Shown: piece by piece, positions 52,644 through 55,579 of the stretch
Layout: each line of letters begins with the position of its first letter
Position numbering within the stretch: the first letter of the stretch is position 1
Origin: Octopus bimaculoides
Lineage: Eukaryota
DNA length: 55,579 nt
Direction of reading: 5' to 3'
Assembly (NCBI RefSeq): GCF_001194135.2
Contig: NC_068983.1
Span: 33,886,680-33,942,258, forward strand
Position numbers and translations under genes: made by a program
The notes under the pieces: model-generated
Databases searched by the model: none
What the model saw: the letters and a program-made list of their open reading frames with translations, nothing else
Told to the model about the DNA's origin: nothing

Positions 52644-53399
52644 GTCTGTCTCCCCCGCCTCTCTCTCTCTCCGTAGTCGTAGCAGCAGTTAAACGGAGAT
52701 TAGCAGCTTGCCGTGCTAGCTACTGACTTTTAATGTCTTTCGTCCTCAGATTGTTCATTGCCTTTGTGTTATCAGCTGCTGGCCGCCGTCTCCTGCAGCG
52801 TTAGTCAATGTTCTCTGTCAAATGGTGAAAGTGTGCTGAATTTATAGTGCTGGATAGGGTCAGAGAGAACAGCGTAATAAGATGAGAATGCTGCTGCAGC
52901 CAACCCTAGGTGAAGCAGTTATTGGTTAGAATATTTTATTACGTGGGTCATATTCTAACGAATCGCTTTATCGCGTGAAAAGACTGACTGCTGAATATTC
53001 CCGCCACAAACCAATTCATTATTTTTAAAAGCTAGAGAGGAAGGCGTTGTCTAATGAAACTAATTGAATCACACACATAAACGATAAAGATTGTGTTATT
53101 TTTTTCCTTTTGTTCTTCTTGCCTTCCATCAAGTTGACTCTGATGAATTAAGCCTATGAACAAAACAGTAATGCCATTCCTGCCTCGCTTTCTTTTCTTT
53201 CGGAACATAAGTATACTCCAAACTCCATTATACCATGTATCCATTTTAAAGGCGTGTAGATATGGTTTGTAGAATCGTGGTTAATAATTGTAACCATTCC
53301 AAGTTAACATCTTCAAGAAGTTACTTATATTTTTTGCAAATATATGAACAGAAGTCGATAGAGTTATTCGCTGATACATTCGCCCTCACCTGATAACTA

Positions 53400-53715
53400 T
53401 TTACGGCACCTAATTACTTTTCAAATGTGTTTATCATCCATCTTATTTCAGATATTTAAAATTTGTATATTTTCAATGTTTTCAATCTCTCTCGTTTTTA
53501 TCATACCTAATGCGCCCACTATGATAGGTATCGTTTCCGTTTTTAGATTCCACATTGGAGTTACCTCTATTTCCAGGTCTTTGTATTTTGAAAGTTTCTC
53601 CTTAATTTCTCTCTCTCTGTGTATTGGCATATCCCATATTATGGTTGCTTTCTCGTTTTCTGTGCCCTTTTCTGGCGTGTGCTTATACCCACTTTTTTCT
53701 GTTGTTATTCCATAG
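53400..53715 (-). mobile_element. R4/Dong-like RLE fragment (internally deleted)
   Basis: ENEKATIIWDMPIHREREIK/EKLSKYKDLEIEVTPMWNLKTETIPIIVGALGMIK. The PD motif segment is deleted. Confidence 0.8.
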
Positions 53716-53749
53716 TGTTCTTTTTCTTCTTCTTCTTCTTCTTCTTCTT

Positions 53750-53840
<91 letters not shown>

Positions 53841-53844
53841 GTGC

Positions 53845-54045
53845 TTTATCCTACATAAGCCTGATCTTCTTACTTCTAATAATATCGGTTCTGTGGCATT
53901 TTTACATACTATGCTATGTTGTTTTCTTCTGCTCTAATGCTGTGTTCGCATCCAATAAGTCCTCTCTCCCTCTTTTTCTTGGTACATACAGTCTGTCTGT
54001 GTCATATTTTGGGCGGAGTGTCCCATATGTGGTTACCATATCTAT
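53845..54045 (-). mobile_element. R4/Dong-like post-RT fragment
   Basis: TTYGTLRPKYDTDRLYVPRKRG matches the HPKADVDRLYLPRK.GGRGL motif. It is embedded between (ATT)n tracts. Confidence 0.75.
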
Positions 54046-54076
54046 TATTATTATTATTATAATTATAATAATAATA

Positions 54077-54150
<74 letters not shown>

Positions 54151-54160
54151 CATTATTAAT

Positions 54161-54450
54161 GCAGCAAGTTGGCAGAATCGTTAGTATCGCGGGCGAAATG
54201 CTAAGCAGTATTTCACCTGTTTTCACGTCCTGAGTTCAAATTCCACTAAGATCGACTTTGCTTTTCATCCTTTCTGATATACACTAGCGTGACTTCCGGC
54301 TTTAAGTCTTCAGTTCAGATTTCATCCAGATCGAGTTTTTTCTTTCTATCCATTCGGTGTCAATAAATTAAATACCAGTTCAGCATCGGGGTCGATGTAA
54401 TTGACTAATCATCTCCGCCTACCAAATTCCAGGCCTTGTGCCTATAGCAG
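54161..54450 (+). mobile_element. SINE family A with an internal partial duplication
   Basis: Head, B-box and ttttcatcctttc, then a second degenerate B-box/core (agttcagatttc..gatcgagttt..ctatccattcggtgtcaataaattaaataccag) and the normal tail. Confidence 0.8.
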
Positions 54451-55007
54451 ACAGAGAGAAATAATGCTAATCCTCACAGCATATTTTGTTCTTGTTAGTT
54501 CTGTAATGATGCCAGACTTAAAATCGGTAACACTTATCTTGACTCTTTAGAATAGAACATGGTATTTCGATGTCATTGTACCTTTTCACATTTCCTCCCT
54601 TTCTGATCCCTTCTTAAACTTCTTTTCAGTAGAATTGTATTGCGAAAGTAGTAGACATCTCAAACTTCCTTACACTCCTTATGCACTTGAAATATTCTTA
54701 CAAAATCATTATTTTTTTCCTTCTTCTGTCGACAGATAACGTGAGGTACTAGAATGAAAACGAGCTATAATGTAATCAATTAGCCAACGAGATGCTGATT
54801 CATCCACATTTCCCAATTGTTACTAATTAGCTGATTAGTGCTGTACACGATGTCCCCCATCCCTTACTTTATCCTATGCACTTAATTCAATAAAATCTTA
54901 CTCAGCCTACAGATAAACTGTTTCATCACCCACTAATAGGGCATTAGTATTTTCCGTTGTTAGTTTTACTTTTTTTCTGTTTTCTTTATTGCCCACTATT
55001 TTCACAA

Positions 55008-55443
55008 GTAGCGACGTGGTTAAGAAGCTTGCTTTGCAACCATGTGGCTCCATGTTCAGTCCCAGTGCGTGGCAACACGAACTAGTGTCTTCTACTATAA
55101 ATCCACGCTGACTCATACCTTCTGAGGAAAATAGGAAAGCGGAAACTGTATTGAAGGCTGTTTCATATATGAACATGTGCACGTGTTATTGTGTCTATGC
55201 TTGTGCACCATTTTTCCTTGACAACTGCAGTTGGTTTTTTTATGTTACTGTAATGTAGCGATTAGACAAGAGAGACGAATGAATAAGTACCAGTGCCCGA
55301 CATCAAAATAAGAACTGAGACCGAGGCGTCCGACTAAATTACTCTAAGCTACATCCCTGTAACATAGTGGTTCCACAAAGGAGACCGATAGAATAACTAC
55401 CAGGCTTAACAGAAAACTAAGTACTGGAACTGATTCATTCGAT
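55008..55443 (+). mobile_element. SINE family B (degenerate)
   Basis: gtggttaagaagcttgctttgcaaccatgtggctccatgttcagtcccagtgcgtggc..gtgtcttctactata, and a 3' part with gagaccgatagaataactaccaggctta. Confidence 0.7.
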
Positions 55444-55579
55444 ATATGTATATACACGTACACACAGACAGAGAGACTGACAGAGAAATAGGTAGAAAAA
55501 TAGATATATAGATATATAGATAGGTAGATATATATGTAGAAAGATATAAATGCATAAATAAGTATATATATATATATAT

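Noticed and set aside
53619-54184. Poly-F, poly-L and poly-I ORFs
   Set aside because: (TTC)n and (ATT)n microsatellites antisense to the R4/Dong fragments.

Overview
This is AT-rich eukaryotic (animal) genomic DNA from a gappy short-read scaffold. By eye about 15% is N, and most gaps abut (TA)n, (CA)n or (GA)n tracts. The SINE families and microsatellite density resemble Octopus (coleoid cephalopod) DNA; this is recalled, not database-verified. No intact host protein-coding gene can be supported, and nearly all long ORFs in the track are microsatellite or N-gap artefacts. The window is intergenic or intronic and dominated by repeats: (i) five decayed Tc1/mariner elements, one a near full-length maT-like copy with both TIRs; (ii) non-LTR fragments (Penelope-like RT, several R4/Dong-like RLE 3' ends, one RTE-like fragment); (iii) many copies of tRNA-derived SINEs, here called family A and family B, plus one copy of a third type; (iv) abundant simple repeats. 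The best unexplained signals are a degenerate 33-bp array at 8983-9484 whose unit lengths stay in codon phase and which reads as an 11-aa repeat on the minus strand, two long fold-back hairpins (17678-17735 and 48422-48542), a hammerhead-like motif cluster near 36.7 kb, modular SINEs that share a central module or swap tails, and a few isolated candidate exons. None of these amounts to a demonstrated new biological system.
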